A stretch of 64,000 nt of DNA. It comes from an uncultured Gemmatimonadota bacterium. GTDB lineage: Bacteria; JAAXHH01. The stretch covers positions 288,001 to 352,000 of the forward strand of contig OX638340.1 in NCBI GenBank assembly GCA_951812955.1, read 5' to 3'. This document shows, piece by piece, positions 1-10,221 of the stretch. A program made the translations under genes and the position numbers. Numbering within the stretch: the first letter of the stretch is position 1; each line of letters opens with the position of its first letter. The notes under the pieces were generated by a model that did no database searches, was not told the origin of the DNA, and saw only the letters and a list, made by a program, of their open reading frames with translations.

Positions 1-1497
1 GTTCAGCGTTTCGATGTTGCCTTCGGCAGCCATACTGAAAAGATACTCGTTTCCGGCTCTTCGCGCCAGATCTCCCGTGCAGGACTCGTCATTCCCAAGC
101 ACGGCGAAGTCTATACCGGACCGGTGCATGACCGTGGCGATGGCCCGTGCCGTGTCCCGGGCGCCCGGGTCGAATGCTCCGGCGCAGCCGACCCACAACA
201 GCACGTCGTAGTCCGGATTCTCCGCGACCGTCGGTACCTTGAAATCCAGGGCTTCGGTCCATTCCATGCGGTCTCCGGCCATCTGCCAGGGATTGCCGTT
301 TCGCTCGATTCCGGTAAAGGCGCCTTTCAGTTCATTCGGAAAGGCACTTTCCATCAGCACCTGGTTCTGGCGCATGGAAAGGATGTCGAACATGGGTTCG
401 TTGCCGACGGGGCAGGCTTCGGTACAGGCCCCGCAGGTCGTACACGCCCACAGCGCGCTTTCGCTTATGGCGTAGGTGAGTAGCGGTTCTTCGTCGCCTC
501 CACCCGTCGCCAGGGATTTCATGTGATCGCGGAGGTGGTACCGCTTGTTCACCTCGAGGGCCGCCGGCGACAATTCCTTGCCCGTGGCATAGGCGGGACA
601 GGCGTCCTGGCACCTGTTGCACATGATGCAGGCGAAAGCGTCCGTGATGTGGGTCCGGTTCAGGTCGGTGATCCGGCCGGCACCGAACTGCTCGATGGAT
701 TCGTCTTCGAAATCCAGGGCATCCATCGCGCCGGGACTGTTTCGATCCGGGGACGTCATCAGGTTGAAGGGGCCCATAAACAGGTGGGCATGTTTCGAAT
801 AAGGGAACCAGGGAAGGAAGGCCAGAACAAGGCCGACGGCGATCCACCAGCTGGCATGCAGCCCTGCAGTCTGGAATGAAGGTTCCAGGTCCGCCAAGAG
901 TCCGGCTGCCAGCGCGGCAACAGGCTGCCAGGGGTCCGGTCCGTGTATGGCGATGTCGAAAGAAGCGCCCAGCAGCCGGAAACCGACGTGGCCGAGGATG
1001 AAAAACCCCACGATCAGGGAATCGCGTTTGATACCGTCCACCGCGCCCGGGTGCAATTTAACCTGCGGAGCGACGTCGAGGGTCCTGGACTTCACGATGA
1101 ATCGTCGGATGAGCAGGACAACCATACCTGCCAGCACCGCCGCAGTCATTAGATCGACGAGGAGCCGATATATCCGCCCGGCGGCGTTCTCGCCCGGGAA
1201 AACGAAGCCGGGTACCATGCCTTCCAGCACGTCTATCAGGTTGACTGCCACGTAGAGGATAAACCCCCACGCGATCGCCGTGTGCGCCAGGGAAACGAAA
1301 GGCCGGTTTCGGATCATGTTGTTCTGGCTGACCACTGCCTTGATCCCGGTCATCAACCGGCCGGCAGGTCTGTCCCAGGACAGGCGCCCCTGGCCTCGCG
1401 TAATTATGCGAATCATGCGCCGAAAGGTGACGGATGCCAGGTACAGCGAGACAACTGCGACGATCGCGAAGAGGATTTTTTCGATGGGAGAAAGCAT
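1..1497 (-). CDS. Membrane-bound Fe-S oxidoreductase (HdrD/GlpC-like, two 4Fe-4S motifs plus CCG cysteine-rich domain), ETF-associated. 5' part only, as the gene continues beyond the window start.
   Basis: I translated the minus strand by hand (codon frame p mod 3 = 0) and it is open from ATG at 1497 to position 1. The N-terminus MLSPIEKILFAIVAVVSLYLASVTF... is hydrophobic. It contains CIMCNRCQDACP and CTTCGACTEACP ferredoxin motifs and a CCG-type region (LWVGCAGAFDP...NDESCTGD). It is absent from the ORF track because no stop lies in the window. It sits immediately downstream of etfA. Confidence 0.75.
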   Translation of the reverse strand, partial: MLSPIEKILFAIVAVVSLYLASVTFRRMIRIITRGQGRLSWDRPAGRLMTGIKAVVSQNNMIRNRPFVSLAHTAIAWGFILYVAVNLIDVLEGMVPGFVFPGENAAGRIYRLLVDLMTAAVLAGMVVLLIRRFIVKSRTLDVAPQVKLHPGAVDGIKRDSLIVGFFILGHVGFRLLGASFDIAIHGPDPWQPVAALAAGLLADLEPSFQTAGLHASWWIAVGLVLAFLPWFPYSKHAHLFMGPFNLMTSPDRNSPGAMDALDFEDESIEQFGAGRITDLNRTHITDAFACIMCNRCQDACPAYATGKELSPAALEVNKRYHLRDHMKSLATGGGDEEPLLTYAISESALWACTTCGACTEACPVGNEPMFDILSMRQNQVLMESAFPNELKGAFTGIERNGNPWQMAGDRMEWTEALDFKVPTVAENPDYDVLLWVGCAGAFDPGARDTARAIATVMHRSGIDFAVLGNDESCTGDLARRAGNEYLFSMAAEGNIETLN

Positions 1498-1555
1498 CGG
1501 CGTCCTGCGATCTCGATGTGCCGCCGTGTGAAAACGCGATGCACGGTGTACCGGA

Positions 1556-2542
1556 TTACCGGCCCAGCCGTTTCCTCACTTCTTCCACGATGGCGGGCAG
1601 GTAACTGAACAGGTCGCCGGCGATGCCGTAATGGGCGTACTTGTAGAGCGGCACGTCGGCGTCCTTGTTGATCGCGACGATCACGCGGGCGTTCTTCATG
1701 CCCGCCAGGTGTTGTATCGCGCCGGAGATCCCGCACGCAATGTACAGGTCCGGCTGAACCGTCTTACCGGTCTGGCCGACCTGGTGGACATAGGGAATCC
1801 AACCGGCGTCCACCGCGGCCCGGCTCGCGCCGAGCGCGCCGCCCAGGGCGTCAGCCAGTTCCCGTACGGGCTGAAAGCCCTCCGGTCCGCCCACGCCGCG
1901 GCCGCCGGAGACGATGATGCTGGCTTCGGTCAGGCTGACCTTGCCGTCCGCGGTCTCGACGGACTCCACCCGGGTTGGGATCTCGTCTTCTGCCTGTTCG
2001 GCAGGAATGTCTACGGCTTCCCCGGTCCTGGATTCATCCCCGTAGGCGGGTTGGAATACATTGCGCCGTACCGTGATAATCCGGTGCCCGGTTCCTGTGA
2101 ATTTCACCCTGGAAACCAGGTTGCCCACCAGGGCTGGTCGGACCGCGACCAGCTGGTCTCCCTCGATGTGCAGGTCCGTGCAGTCCGGCGCCAGGCCCGC
2201 ATCGGTGAGGGCGGCGACATAGGCCGTTAGCTCGAGGCCAGCCGTACTTGCCCCCGCCAGGATTACGGAGGGCGGTTCGTTCTCCAGAATCCGCGCCAGC
2301 AGTTTCGCATAGGGCTCTACCCGATAGCGGACCAGGGAAGCGTCTTCCGTGGTATATACGCGGTCCGCGCCGGCTTCAATGGCCTGCCTTGCGATATCGG
2401 CGACCTGGTCGCCGAAAACGACGGCGGTCAGGGATCCGTCGAGATCGCCGGCGACTTTCGACGCGGCAGCCATCGCCTGCCAGGCGATCGGGTCCGCCTG
2501 CCCATCCTCCTGTTCAATCCATACGAGTACGTTGCTTGCCAT
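1556..2542 (-). CDS. etfA: Electron transfer flavoprotein alpha subunit
   Basis: 328 aa with a conserved C-terminal FAD-binding region (...[33 protein letters not shown]...). It follows etfB in the same orientation. Confidence 0.9.
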   Translation of the reverse strand: MASNVLVWIEQEDGQADPIAWQAMAAASKVAGDLDGSLTAVVFGDQVADIARQAIEAGADRVYTTEDASLVRYRVEPYAKLLARILENEPPSVILAGASTAGLELTAYVAALTDAGLAPDCTDLHIEGDQLVAVRPALVGNLVSRVKFTGTGHRIITVRRNVFQPAYGDESRTGEAVDIPAEQAEDEIPTRVESVETADGKVSLTEASIIVSGGRGVGGPEGFQPVRELADALGGALGASRAAVDAGWIPYVHQVGQTGKTVQPDLYIACGISGAIQHLAGMKNARVIVAINKDADVPLYKYAHYGIAGDLFSYLPAIVEEVRKRLGR

Positions 2543-2563
2543 CCGTAATGCTTCCGCCTAGAT

Positions 2564-3355
2564 CTAGATCACTTTTTCTTCAATCAACCGGTCCACGAGA
2601 ATCCTGGCGGCATCTTCGGGACCGCCATCGATCATTTCGACATTCGCTTCCCTGATCGGGGGAAGCTCCGCCTGCCAGGCGACCTTCGAAGCACCGGCAC
2701 CTACAGCGGACGCATCAAGACCGAGATCTTCACATTTCCAAACGGGAATACTGGCCCTGGCCGCCTTTCGTATGCCGATGAGACTCGGGTACCTGGGCTC
2801 GTTGATCTCCTTGACGACGGTGATCAGCGCCGGAAGGCGGCTGGTGACCGTTTCCCGTGCACGCTCCAGCAGGCGTACCGCTGTAATGGTCCGGGCCGAC
2901 GGATCCAGGCTCTTGAGATCCGCCACGTAGGAGACGAGCGGGACGCCGAGCAAGGCCGCGATCTGCACGGCCGTCGCGGCGGTATTGCCGTCTATCGCCG
3001 CCCTTCCGCCCACGATCAGATCGAATGCACCGATCCTGCGGATGGCGGCGACCAGGATGCGCGCCGAAGTGAGGCAGTCGCTGTCCGCCATGACCGGGTC
3101 AGACACAAGAATGGCTTCATCCACCCCCATGGCCAGGGCGGTCTTCAACGCGTCGGCGGCTTCGGGAGGTCCCAGGCAAAGGGCAGTCACCTTGCCGCCG
3201 TGCTCCTCCCGGGTCTGTATGGCCGTTTCCAGGGTATACTCGTCCCAGGGATTGACGATCCGGGGACCGCCCTCGGCGGAGAGTCTCATGCCGTCCATGG
3301 CGGCGGACAACTGGGCCGTATCGGGCGTCTGCTTCACCAGGGCGATGATATTCAA
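2564..3355 (-). CDS. etfB: Electron transfer flavoprotein beta subunit
   Basis: 263 aa with the typical EtfB N-terminus MNIIALVKQTPD. It lies 21 bp upstream of etfA. Confidence 0.9.
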   Translation of the reverse strand: MNIIALVKQTPDTAQLSAAMDGMRLSAEGGPRIVNPWDEYTLETAIQTREEHGGKVTALCLGPPEAADALKTALAMGVDEAILVSDPVMADSDCLTSARILVAAIRRIGAFDLIVGGRAAIDGNTAATAVQIAALLGVPLVSYVADLKSLDPSARTITAVRLLERARETVTSRLPALITVVKEINEPRYPSLIGIRKAARASIPVWKCEDLGLDASAVGAGASKVAWQAELPPIREANVEMIDGGPEDAARILVDRLIEEKVI

Positions 3356-3394
3356 CTAAACGTTACCTCGTCATGACAGTACGGCTGTACCTGG

Positions 3395-4642
3395 TCAGTT
3401 CTGCCAGTAGTCCGGATCGAAGGCGGGCATTTCGCACCGGAGCGGCCGGTCGGTCCGGTTGCCGAACACGTAATCAGCCTGCATGAGCTGGTGTATCTGC
3501 GACGTGCCCTCGTAGATCACGGCGCTCTTGCTGTTGCGCAGATGGCGTTCCACGTCATATTCGTCGGAGTATCCGTAGGCGCCGTGCACCTGTACCGCGT
3601 CGCTGGCCGTGGCGAAGGCCGATTCGGTGCAGTACCACTTGGCCATGCTCGTCTCGCGGGTGTTCCGTACGCCCCGGTTCTTGAGCCAGCCGACCTTGCG
3701 CACCGCCAGTTCGCCCAGGTCTATACGCTGCTTCATCTGGGCGATGAGCTGTTTCACGAGTTGATGGTCGCCGATAGGCTGGCCGAAAGTCTTCCGCTGG
3801 CGGGCGTACGACACGGACGCTTCCAGGCAGTATTTCATCATGCCGACAGCACCCGCGGCGACGGTATAGCGGGCATTGTCCAGGCAGGACATGGCGATTT
3901 TGAATCCTTCTCCTTCTTCTCCAAGCCGATGGGTTTCCGGCACGGGGACCTCGTCCATGTTGATCCAGCCCGTGTTGCTTGCCCGCACCCCCATCTTGCC
4001 CTTTATGGTACCGGTTGTCAGTCCGTCCCAGCCGCGCTCCAACAGGAAAGCAGTGATACCGCGCGTACCCTCTTCCTGGCTGGTTTTAGCGAAAACGAGG
4101 AACCTGTCGGCCACGTCCGATAGTGTGATCCACATTTTCTCGCCGCTGACCAGGTAGGTATCGCCCTTCTTCCGTGCACGGCTGGTCATGGCGGCCACGT
4201 CCGATCCCGCGCCGGGCTCCGTCAGCCCGAAACAGGCTATGTGCTCACCGGTGGCCAGGGCCGGCAGGAACCGTTTTTTCTGTTCCTCCGTGCCCCACTG
4301 AAAGATCGGAAGGGCGTGCAGTCCAAGGTGGACCGCGATCGTCTCCCTTACAGACGAGTCGGCCCATTCGAGCCCCTCAGACAACAGTCCCAGGGAAATA
4401 AAGTCCATGCCGGCCCCGTCGTAACGGACCGGGAGGCAGATGCCCATGAACCCCTGCGCCGCCATCTTGGGAAGCAGGTCGTGGGGAAAGGTACCGTTTC
4501 GGTCGTGTTCCCTGATGGTCGGCAGGATTTCGTTTCGGGCGAAATCATAGACCATCTGCTCGACCATCTTGTGTTCTTCACTCAGTTCGAAATCCATGAG
4601 ACCGTCATTTGGTTTAGTGGGTAGAAACTCCGTTGCGTGCAC
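3395..4642 (-). CDS. Acyl-CoA dehydrogenase (FAD-dependent)
   Basis: 415 aa with the [10 protein letters not shown] motif and ACAD C-terminal helices (...[18 protein letters not shown]...). It is first in the acd-etfB-etfA-FeS gene string. Confidence 0.9.
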   Translation of the reverse strand: MHATEFLPTKPNDGLMDFELSEEHKMVEQMVYDFARNEILPTIREHDRNGTFPHDLLPKMAAQGFMGICLPVRYDGAGMDFISLGLLSEGLEWADSSVRETIAVHLGLHALPIFQWGTEEQKKRFLPALATGEHIACFGLTEPGAGSDVAAMTSRARKKGDTYLVSGEKMWITLSDVADRFLVFAKTSQEEGTRGITAFLLERGWDGLTTGTIKGKMGVRASNTGWINMDEVPVPETHRLGEEGEGFKIAMSCLDNARYTVAAGAVGMMKYCLEASVSYARQRKTFGQPIGDHQLVKQLIAQMKQRIDLGELAVRKVGWLKNRGVRNTRETSMAKWYCTESAFATASDAVQVHGAYGYSDEYDVERHLRNSKSAVIYEGTSQIHQLMQADYVFGNRTDRPLRCEMPAFDPDYWQN

Positions 4643-4690
4643 GGGTATTGCTTGCTGCGGAATTCCGCCGGAACGTCCGGAATCCGGAGC

Positions 4691-5875
4691 TCAGCTGCCA
4701 GCAGCCCCGGCCACTTTGCTGAAGTCTCTTCCGGGCTTTGCAGCCGGCCGGGTTACAGGGATACTTCGCATGACTTCGAGAAACCGATCCACGTCGCCGT
4801 CCGTGTTGTAGAAATGGGTGGAAACGCGGGCTCTTCCCACGCCGCCGTAAGCTCCGAATATCAACACGTTTTGATCCTCCAGGACATGGGTTACCGCATT
4901 CACATCCTCCGCGGTAAAACAGACGTTGCCGGCCCGTTCCTTGGGCGCCCTGGGCGTGATGACTTCCCAGCCCAACTCCGTCAGGCCATCCCATACGCGG
5001 GTACTCAACCGCAGCACGTGGTCCTCGATCCGGTCGATGCCGATGCCCAGCAGGCAGTCGAGGGCGTTATCCAGGATGTATACTCCAATCCAGGTCTCGT
5101 TGCCTGGCGTAAACCTGCTGGCGTCCGCCCGGGGAATGTAAGCTGAGGGATCCTTCCAATCGGGAAGAAAAGCCGGAGTGTGCCAGCCCACAAAGGGAGG
5201 ATTGAGTTCGGGTACCCGTTCCCGGTTCCAGTAGAATATGCCCACGCCATGTACGGCCATGAGCCATTTGTAGCAACTCGACACGACGAAGTCCGCGTAT
5301 TGCGCCTCGATCGGAACGGCTCCCGCGGAGTGGGTAACGTCGAGACAGAGCAGGGCGTTCTTGCGATGCACGAGATCGGACAATTCCGGCAGCGGAAGAC
5401 GCTGGCCCGTGAAGTAACTGACATGACTCACGTTGACCACCCTGGTGTTCTCATCTATTGCTTTGTCAAGATCTTCCAAGTCTGTGCGCCAGTTGTTGTT
5501 TTCAACGATTCGAAGTTCCACGCCCCGGTCCTTCAACAGGGTCCATGGAAGCACGTCCGAGGGAAACTCCACGTCGGCGACCACCACGTTGTCCCCGGGT
5601 TTCCAGTCGAGTGCGTAGACAAGCAGATTGATGCCCTCCGATGTAGAGGTCAGGAAACCAATATCATCGGACGGAACGCCGAAAAGCCGTCCGACCTTCT
5701 CCTTGCATTCCCCGGATACCACTTCCAGACGCCTGCGTCCTTCTTCACCCAGCAGCTTGTCCTCGAAGAAACGGTGGACCGCGTCACCGTGTGTCTTCAG
5801 CATGGGAGACTCGCCGCCGGTGCACAGGTGGGTAATACCCTGGGTTCCAATGAACTCGGATTGATCGATCAACAT
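4691..5875 (-). CDS. Class V aminotransferase / cysteine desulfurase-like PLP enzyme
   Basis: It has a PLP-lysine context SSCYKWLMAVHGVG and aminotransferase class V-like sequence. The ORF track starts at 6052, but the first 59 codons look non-coding (R/G-rich), so I chose the internal ATG at 5875 (MLIDQSEF...). Confidence 0.65.
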   Translation of the reverse strand: MLIDQSEFIGTQGITHLCTGGESPMLKTHGDAVHRFFEDKLLGEEGRRRLEVVSGECKEKVGRLFGVPSDDIGFLTSTSEGINLLVYALDWKPGDNVVVADVEFPSDVLPWTLLKDRGVELRIVENNNWRTDLEDLDKAIDENTRVVNVSHVSYFTGQRLPLPELSDLVHRKNALLCLDVTHSAGAVPIEAQYADFVVSSCYKWLMAVHGVGIFYWNRERVPELNPPFVGWHTPAFLPDWKDPSAYIPRADASRFTPGNETWIGVYILDNALDCLLGIGIDRIEDHVLRLSTRVWDGLTELGWEVITPRAPKERAGNVCFTAEDVNAVTHVLEDQNVLIFGAYGGVGRARVSTHFYNTDGDVDRFLEVMRSIPVTRPAAKPGRDFSKVAGAAGS

Positions 5876-6171
5876 CGGTTTCTCCTGGTGAACTAGGTGC
5901 GGTAATGATGCGTCTGAACCAACATAACAAAATAGGGCGCTACGCCATCGGTGTACAGCAAATTCAACGCCGGTCTTTCCCTGTGTGCCCCATCCCTTGT
6001 CCCGCCGATGGATATTCGATCCGGCCATAAAATCACGGACCCCTGAACTCATGCCCGAAGAGGCATCAGCGGAACTTTCAATAAATCGAACGAGTGCTTA
6101 TTTTAGTTGGTCGCAAATTGCCATGCTCTATATTGTAATCAACCAGATAACTCCTCCCCCGGTTTCGTGCT

Positions 6172-7152
6172 ATGGTTCTTGATTTCCACACCCATTTCTA
6201 TACCTCCGCTTACCTTGACGAGATCGAAAAGGGAGGATACCAGGCGGTGCTGGTCAGGGACACCGACGGTAATCGCCTGCTGAAGCTGGATGGCGACTAC
6301 AGCTTGATCGCGCCTGCACACTTCGATGCCGATCGGGTGATCGAGCACATGGACCGGCATGGCGTGGATCGGCAACTCCTCACTTTTTCCATCCCGGGAC
6401 TGCACGTCGAGGAGCCCGATGCCGGTCGTCGGCTCGCCCGCGTCGTGAACGAGGCCCTTGCCGCGACCGTCGCCCACTACCCCGATCGCTTGTCGGCCCT
6501 GGCGGTCCTTCCCCTGCATGACCCGGCCGCATCGGCCGCCGAACTGTCGCGCTCCATGACCGAGCTGAATCTGCGGGGCGGGCTTCTATTCTCGAACATC
6601 AATGGCAAGTCCCCGGGGGATTCCGAGTTTCACGAACTCTACGCCGTCGCTTCGACGCTGGACGTACCGCTTTTCCTTCACCCTACCAGTCCACCTTCAA
6701 TAAAACCGTTTATGCAGTACAGGCTTACGCCCATTGCGGGATTTCCCTTCGACACCACCCTGGCTGCCGTACAAATGGTACTGAGCGGAACGATGGCGGC
6801 GTTTCCGGAATTGAAGATCGTACTCGGCAACCTGGGAGGGACCGTCCCATTTCTTGCGGGCCGGATCGATCAGGGGTACATTGCCTATCCCGAGGCCAGC
6901 GAGAAGCTGGACCGGCCACCGTCCGCATACCTCAGGAACATGTACTTCGAATCCGCGGGCATGCCCAGCGGCGGGGCGCTTCGCCTGGCGATCGACTTCG
7001 CCGGTGTCGATCGCATCATGTTCGGTTCCGACTTCCCCCAGCAGATCGCCGATGTCGACCTGGGTCTTCGAATCATTGAAGAACAGGGGCTGGATGAAGC
7101 GGACCGGCAGCGTATCGTCGGCCTCAACGCAGCAGGACTTTTGAAGATATAA
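6172..7152 (+). CDS. Amidohydrolase-2 family metal-dependent hydrolase/decarboxylase (ACMSD-like)
   Basis: 326 aa with the N-terminal metal-binding motif DFHTHFY and a conserved C-terminal ...IMFGSDFP... region. Confidence 0.75.
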   Translation: MVLDFHTHFYTSAYLDEIEKGGYQAVLVRDTDGNRLLKLDGDYSLIAPAHFDADRVIEHMDRHGVDRQLLTFSIPGLHVEEPDAGRRLARVVNEALAATVAHYPDRLSALAVLPLHDPAASAAELSRSMTELNLRGGLLFSNINGKSPGDSEFHELYAVASTLDVPLFLHPTSPPSIKPFMQYRLTPIAGFPFDTTLAAVQMVLSGTMAAFPELKIVLGNLGGTVPFLAGRIDQGYIAYPEASEKLDRPPSAYLRNMYFESAGMPSGGALRLAIDFAGVDRIMFGSDFPQQIADVDLGLRIIEEQGLDEADRQRIVGLNAAGLLKI

Positions 7153-7176
7153 GGCTATTCACGGGTAAGATTTAAA

Positions 7177-7236
7177 TACCGTTATGCCAGGCAAAATACC
7201 GTTATGCCAGGCAAAATACCGTATTATCAGGCAAAC
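7177..7236. repeat. 3 x 20-bp tandem direct repeat (ataccgttatgccaggcaaa x2 plus a degenerate third copy ataccgtattatcaggcaaa) in the polA 5' region
   Basis: Read directly from the sequence. It ends about 80 bp upstream of the polA ATG (7318). Confidence 0.85.
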
Positions 7237-7317
7237 AAGCTATAACAACAACGGCCGTGGAAGGTGCGGTTTGCACCCGTCGCGGACCGGTTCCCACGAA
7301 GCCGGAGCTGTGAACCT

Positions 7318-10080
7318 ATGACCGAGTCGCAGAAGACCCTCTTTCTCCTGGATGGCATGGCCCTGGCCTACCGCGGTCATTTCGGCCTGATCCGCAACCC
7401 GAGGATGACCTCGACGGGCATGAACGTTTCCATGGTGTTCGCCATCGCCAATACCATCCTGGGCATTTTGAATAAGAACAAACCCACCCACATCGCCGCG
7501 GTGTTCGACACGCCCGAGCCCACTCATCGGCACGAACAGTATCCCGAGTACAAGGCGCAGCGGGACGCCATGCCCGAGGACCTGAGCATCGCCCTGCCCT
7601 ACCTGTTCCGGTTGATCGAGGGATTCAATATCCCCGTGATCCGCGTGCCCGGCTGGGAGGCCGACGACGTGATCGGCACCCTCGCGAAACAGGCCGACGA
7701 AGCGGGGTATACTACCTTCATGGTCACGCCGGACAAGGACTATGCGCAACTCGTCTCGGAGCAGTCCTTCATCTGCAAGCCCGGGAACACCGGGGACAAC
7801 TTCGAAACCATGGGCGTGGACGACGTGCTGGAGAAATGGGGGATCGAGCGCATCGACCAGGTAATCGACATGCTTGGCCTGATGGGCGACGCCAGCGACA
7901 ATGTGCCCGGCGTACCGGGAGTCGGCGAGAAGACCGCGCAGAAGCTCATCGCACAGTTCGGTTCCGTGGAGAATCTGCTTGATAACACGGAACAGTTGAA
8001 GGGCAAGCAGAAAGAGCGGATCGAGGAAAACCGGGATATTGCCCTGTTATCGAAGAGTCTCGTCACCATCGAACGGAACGTCCCGCTCGAGGTCACGCCG
8101 GATTCGTTCACCGTGAAAGACAGGTGCGATGAAGACCTGAAGAAACTGTTTGTCGAACTGGAGTTCAATACCCTGGGCAAGCGGCTATTCGGCGACGACT
8201 TCTCGGCGGCGCCAAGGTTGACCGTCGCCGGCAGCCAGGAAGACCTGTTCTCCGATGACCAGTTGAAGACGATTGCGGACGTGGAACACGATTACCGGTG
8301 CGTCGATAGCCCCGAATCCCGCGCCGCGCTCATCGAAGCACTGTCCCGTGCCTCTTCTTTCTGCTTCGACATGGAGACGACCAGCCTGGATCCCAAGACC
8401 TGTGAGATCCTCGGCTTTGCCTTCGCGATCGAGCCCCACACCGGATTCTACGTGCCCATGCCGGACGGACGGGAGGATGTACTGCGGGTCGCAGACGAAT
8501 TCCAATTCCTCTTCGACGATACCGGCAAGGAACTCATCGGGCACAACATCAAGTTCGATCTGTCCGTGCTCCGGTGGCACGGGATAACCGTCTCCTGCCG
8601 CATCTTCGACACCATGCTGGCGGCCTACGTGACCGTGCCGGACCTGCGGAGGACCATGGACTATCTGTCGCAGGCCCTCCTGGGCTACACGCCGATCTCC
8701 ATCACCACCCTCATCGGCGAGAAGGGCGAAGAGCAGGGCACGCTCAAGGATGCGCCGCTGGAGAAAGTCGTCGAATACGCGGCGGAAGACGCGGATGTCA
8801 CGCTGCAGCTAGCGGCATTGCTGCGGCCCCGGATCGGCGAGATGAACCAGGATACGGTCTTCACCGACATCGAGTGTCCCCTGGTGCCCGCCCTGGTGGA
8901 AATGGAACACGAAGGCGTGCAGATGGACGTGGGGCAGTTGGAGCACCTTTCCAGTCTGCTGGACGAAGAGATACAGCGGTCCTCGGACCGGATCACCGAA
9001 CTGGCAGGGGAACCCGTCGATTTCAATTCGGCAAAGCAGCTTGGTCACATCCTCTTCGACAAGCTGCAGATCGATCCAAACGCCAAGCGCACAGCCAAGA
9101 CCGGGCAGTATTCGACGGCGGAAGCCGTGCTCCGCAGACTGGCGCCCAAGCACGAAATCGTGGAGCAGATCCTTCATTACCGGATGTGTACCAAGCTCAA
9201 TTCCGTGTACGTGAGCCAACTGCCCCATTCCGTATTCCAGCAAACCGGTCGGGTACATACCTCCTATGAACAGGCCGTGATCGCCACCGGCCGGATCCAG
9301 TCCCACGGACCCAACCTGCAGACCATTCCGGTCCGCACGGAGATGGGCCGCCAGATCCGAAAGGCCTTCGTGCCCCGGGACGACGACTTTTTCCTGATGG
9401 CCGCGGACTATTCCCAGATCGAACTGCGCATCGCGGCCGAACTCAGCCGGGACGAAGGCATGATGGAGACCTTCATTCAGAAAGAGGACATCCACTCCGC
9501 TACGGCCATGAAAATCTATGACGTGGATCCTGACGGGGTGACCGACGAGATGCGCAGGCGCGCCAAGACCGTCAATTTCGGCATCATCTACGGCATCTCC
9601 GCCTTCGGGCTGGCCGAACGCCTCAACATCCCGAGGGGACAGGGCCAGGAATTGATCGACCAGTATTTCGCGAAGTATCCCGGCACGCGCAAGTACATGG
9701 ACGAAACGATCAAATTCGCGGAAGAGAACGGTTTCGTCGAGACCATGACAGGCCGGCGTCGGTACCTGCGTGACATTAATTCACGCAACAACACGACCAA
9801 GCGCGCCGAGGAGCGCGTCGCCATCAACTCCCGCATCCAGGGCACGGCGGCCGATCTGATCAAGCTGGCCATGACCCGGATCCACGAAGAGTTGAAAAAG
9901 CGGGAATGCAGGACCCGCATGCTGCTGCAGGTGCATGATGAACTCGTATTCGACCTGCATAAATCGGAAGAAGAGACCCTGCCCGGGCTGATCGAGGAGT
10001 GCATGCGGGGCGCACTGCCCATGACCGTGCCCATCGAGGTGGAGATCGGGATCGGCGCGAACTGGTTGGAAGCGCACTAG
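7318..10080 (+). CDS. polA: DNA polymerase I
   Basis: It has a 5'-3' exonuclease N-terminus (LFLLDGMALAYRGHF), a 3'-5' exo/Klenow region and polymerase motifs (RRRAKTVNFGIIYG, LLQVHDELVFD). The ORF track begins at GTG 7264, but ATG 7318 with an upstream GGAG is preferred. Confidence 0.95.
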   Translation: MTESQKTLFLLDGMALAYRGHFGLIRNPRMTSTGMNVSMVFAIANTILGILNKNKPTHIAAVFDTPEPTHRHEQYPEYKAQRDAMPEDLSIALPYLFRLIEGFNIPVIRVPGWEADDVIGTLAKQADEAGYTTFMVTPDKDYAQLVSEQSFICKPGNTGDNFETMGVDDVLEKWGIERIDQVIDMLGLMGDASDNVPGVPGVGEKTAQKLIAQFGSVENLLDNTEQLKGKQKERIEENRDIALLSKSLVTIERNVPLEVTPDSFTVKDRCDEDLKKLFVELEFNTLGKRLFGDDFSAAPRLTVAGSQEDLFSDDQLKTIADVEHDYRCVDSPESRAALIEALSRASSFCFDMETTSLDPKTCEILGFAFAIEPHTGFYVPMPDGREDVLRVADEFQFLFDDTGKELIGHNIKFDLSVLRWHGITVSCRIFDTMLAAYVTVPDLRRTMDYLSQALLGYTPISITTLIGEKGEEQGTLKDAPLEKVVEYAAEDADVTLQLAALLRPRIGEMNQDTVFTDIECPLVPALVEMEHEGVQMDVGQLEHLSSLLDEEIQRSSDRITELAGEPVDFNSAKQLGHILFDKLQIDPNAKRTAKTGQYSTAEAVLRRLAPKHEIVEQILHYRMCTKLNSVYVSQLPHSVFQQTGRVHTSYEQAVIATGRIQSHGPNLQTIPVRTEMGRQIRKAFVPRDDDFFLMAADYSQIELRIAAELSRDEGMMETFIQKEDIHSATAMKIYDVDPDGVTDEMRRRAKTVNFGIIYGISAFGLAERLNIPRGQGQELIDQYFAKYPGTRKYMDETIKFAEENGFVETMTGRRRYLRDINSRNNTTKRAEERVAINSRIQGTAADLIKLAMTRIHEELKKRECRTRMLLQVHDELVFDLHKSEEETLPGLIEECMRGALPMTVPIEVEIGIGANWLEAH

Positions 10081-10091
10081 CAAGCCGGCCG

Positions 10092-10185
10092 TAACTGGAA
10101 GATGGACATTGTCTGGAAGATTGATAGTTAACTGGAAGATGGACAGCGATCTGGAGATTCTGATCGCAGGCGGCCTGGAAGACAT
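10092..10185. promoter_or_regulatory. Cluster of five CTGGA(A)GA(T) motifs including a duplicated 17-mer taactggaagatggaca (10092-10108 and 10129-10145). It lies upstream of the Rieske-fusion operon and is a putative regulator-binding array.
   Basis: The direct repeats were read from the sequence between the polA stop (10080) and the ATG at 10222. Confidence 0.4.
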
Positions 10186-10221
10186 CAGCGAAAATCACAC
10201 AAACAGAAAGGCAAGGATTCC

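Noticed and set aside
124-1270. Several 60-170-aa ORFs on both strands (124..483, 332..847, 523..879, 947..1255 and others)
   Set aside because: All overlap the continuous minus-strand Fe-S oxidoreductase frame established by hand translation. They are shadow ORFs.
7264-7317. GTG-initiated 18-codon N-terminal extension of polA
   Set aside because: The extension (MRFAPVADRFPRSRSCEP) is Arg-rich and precedes a good ATG with an upstream GGAG. The PolA family N-terminus begins at MTESQKTLFLLDG.
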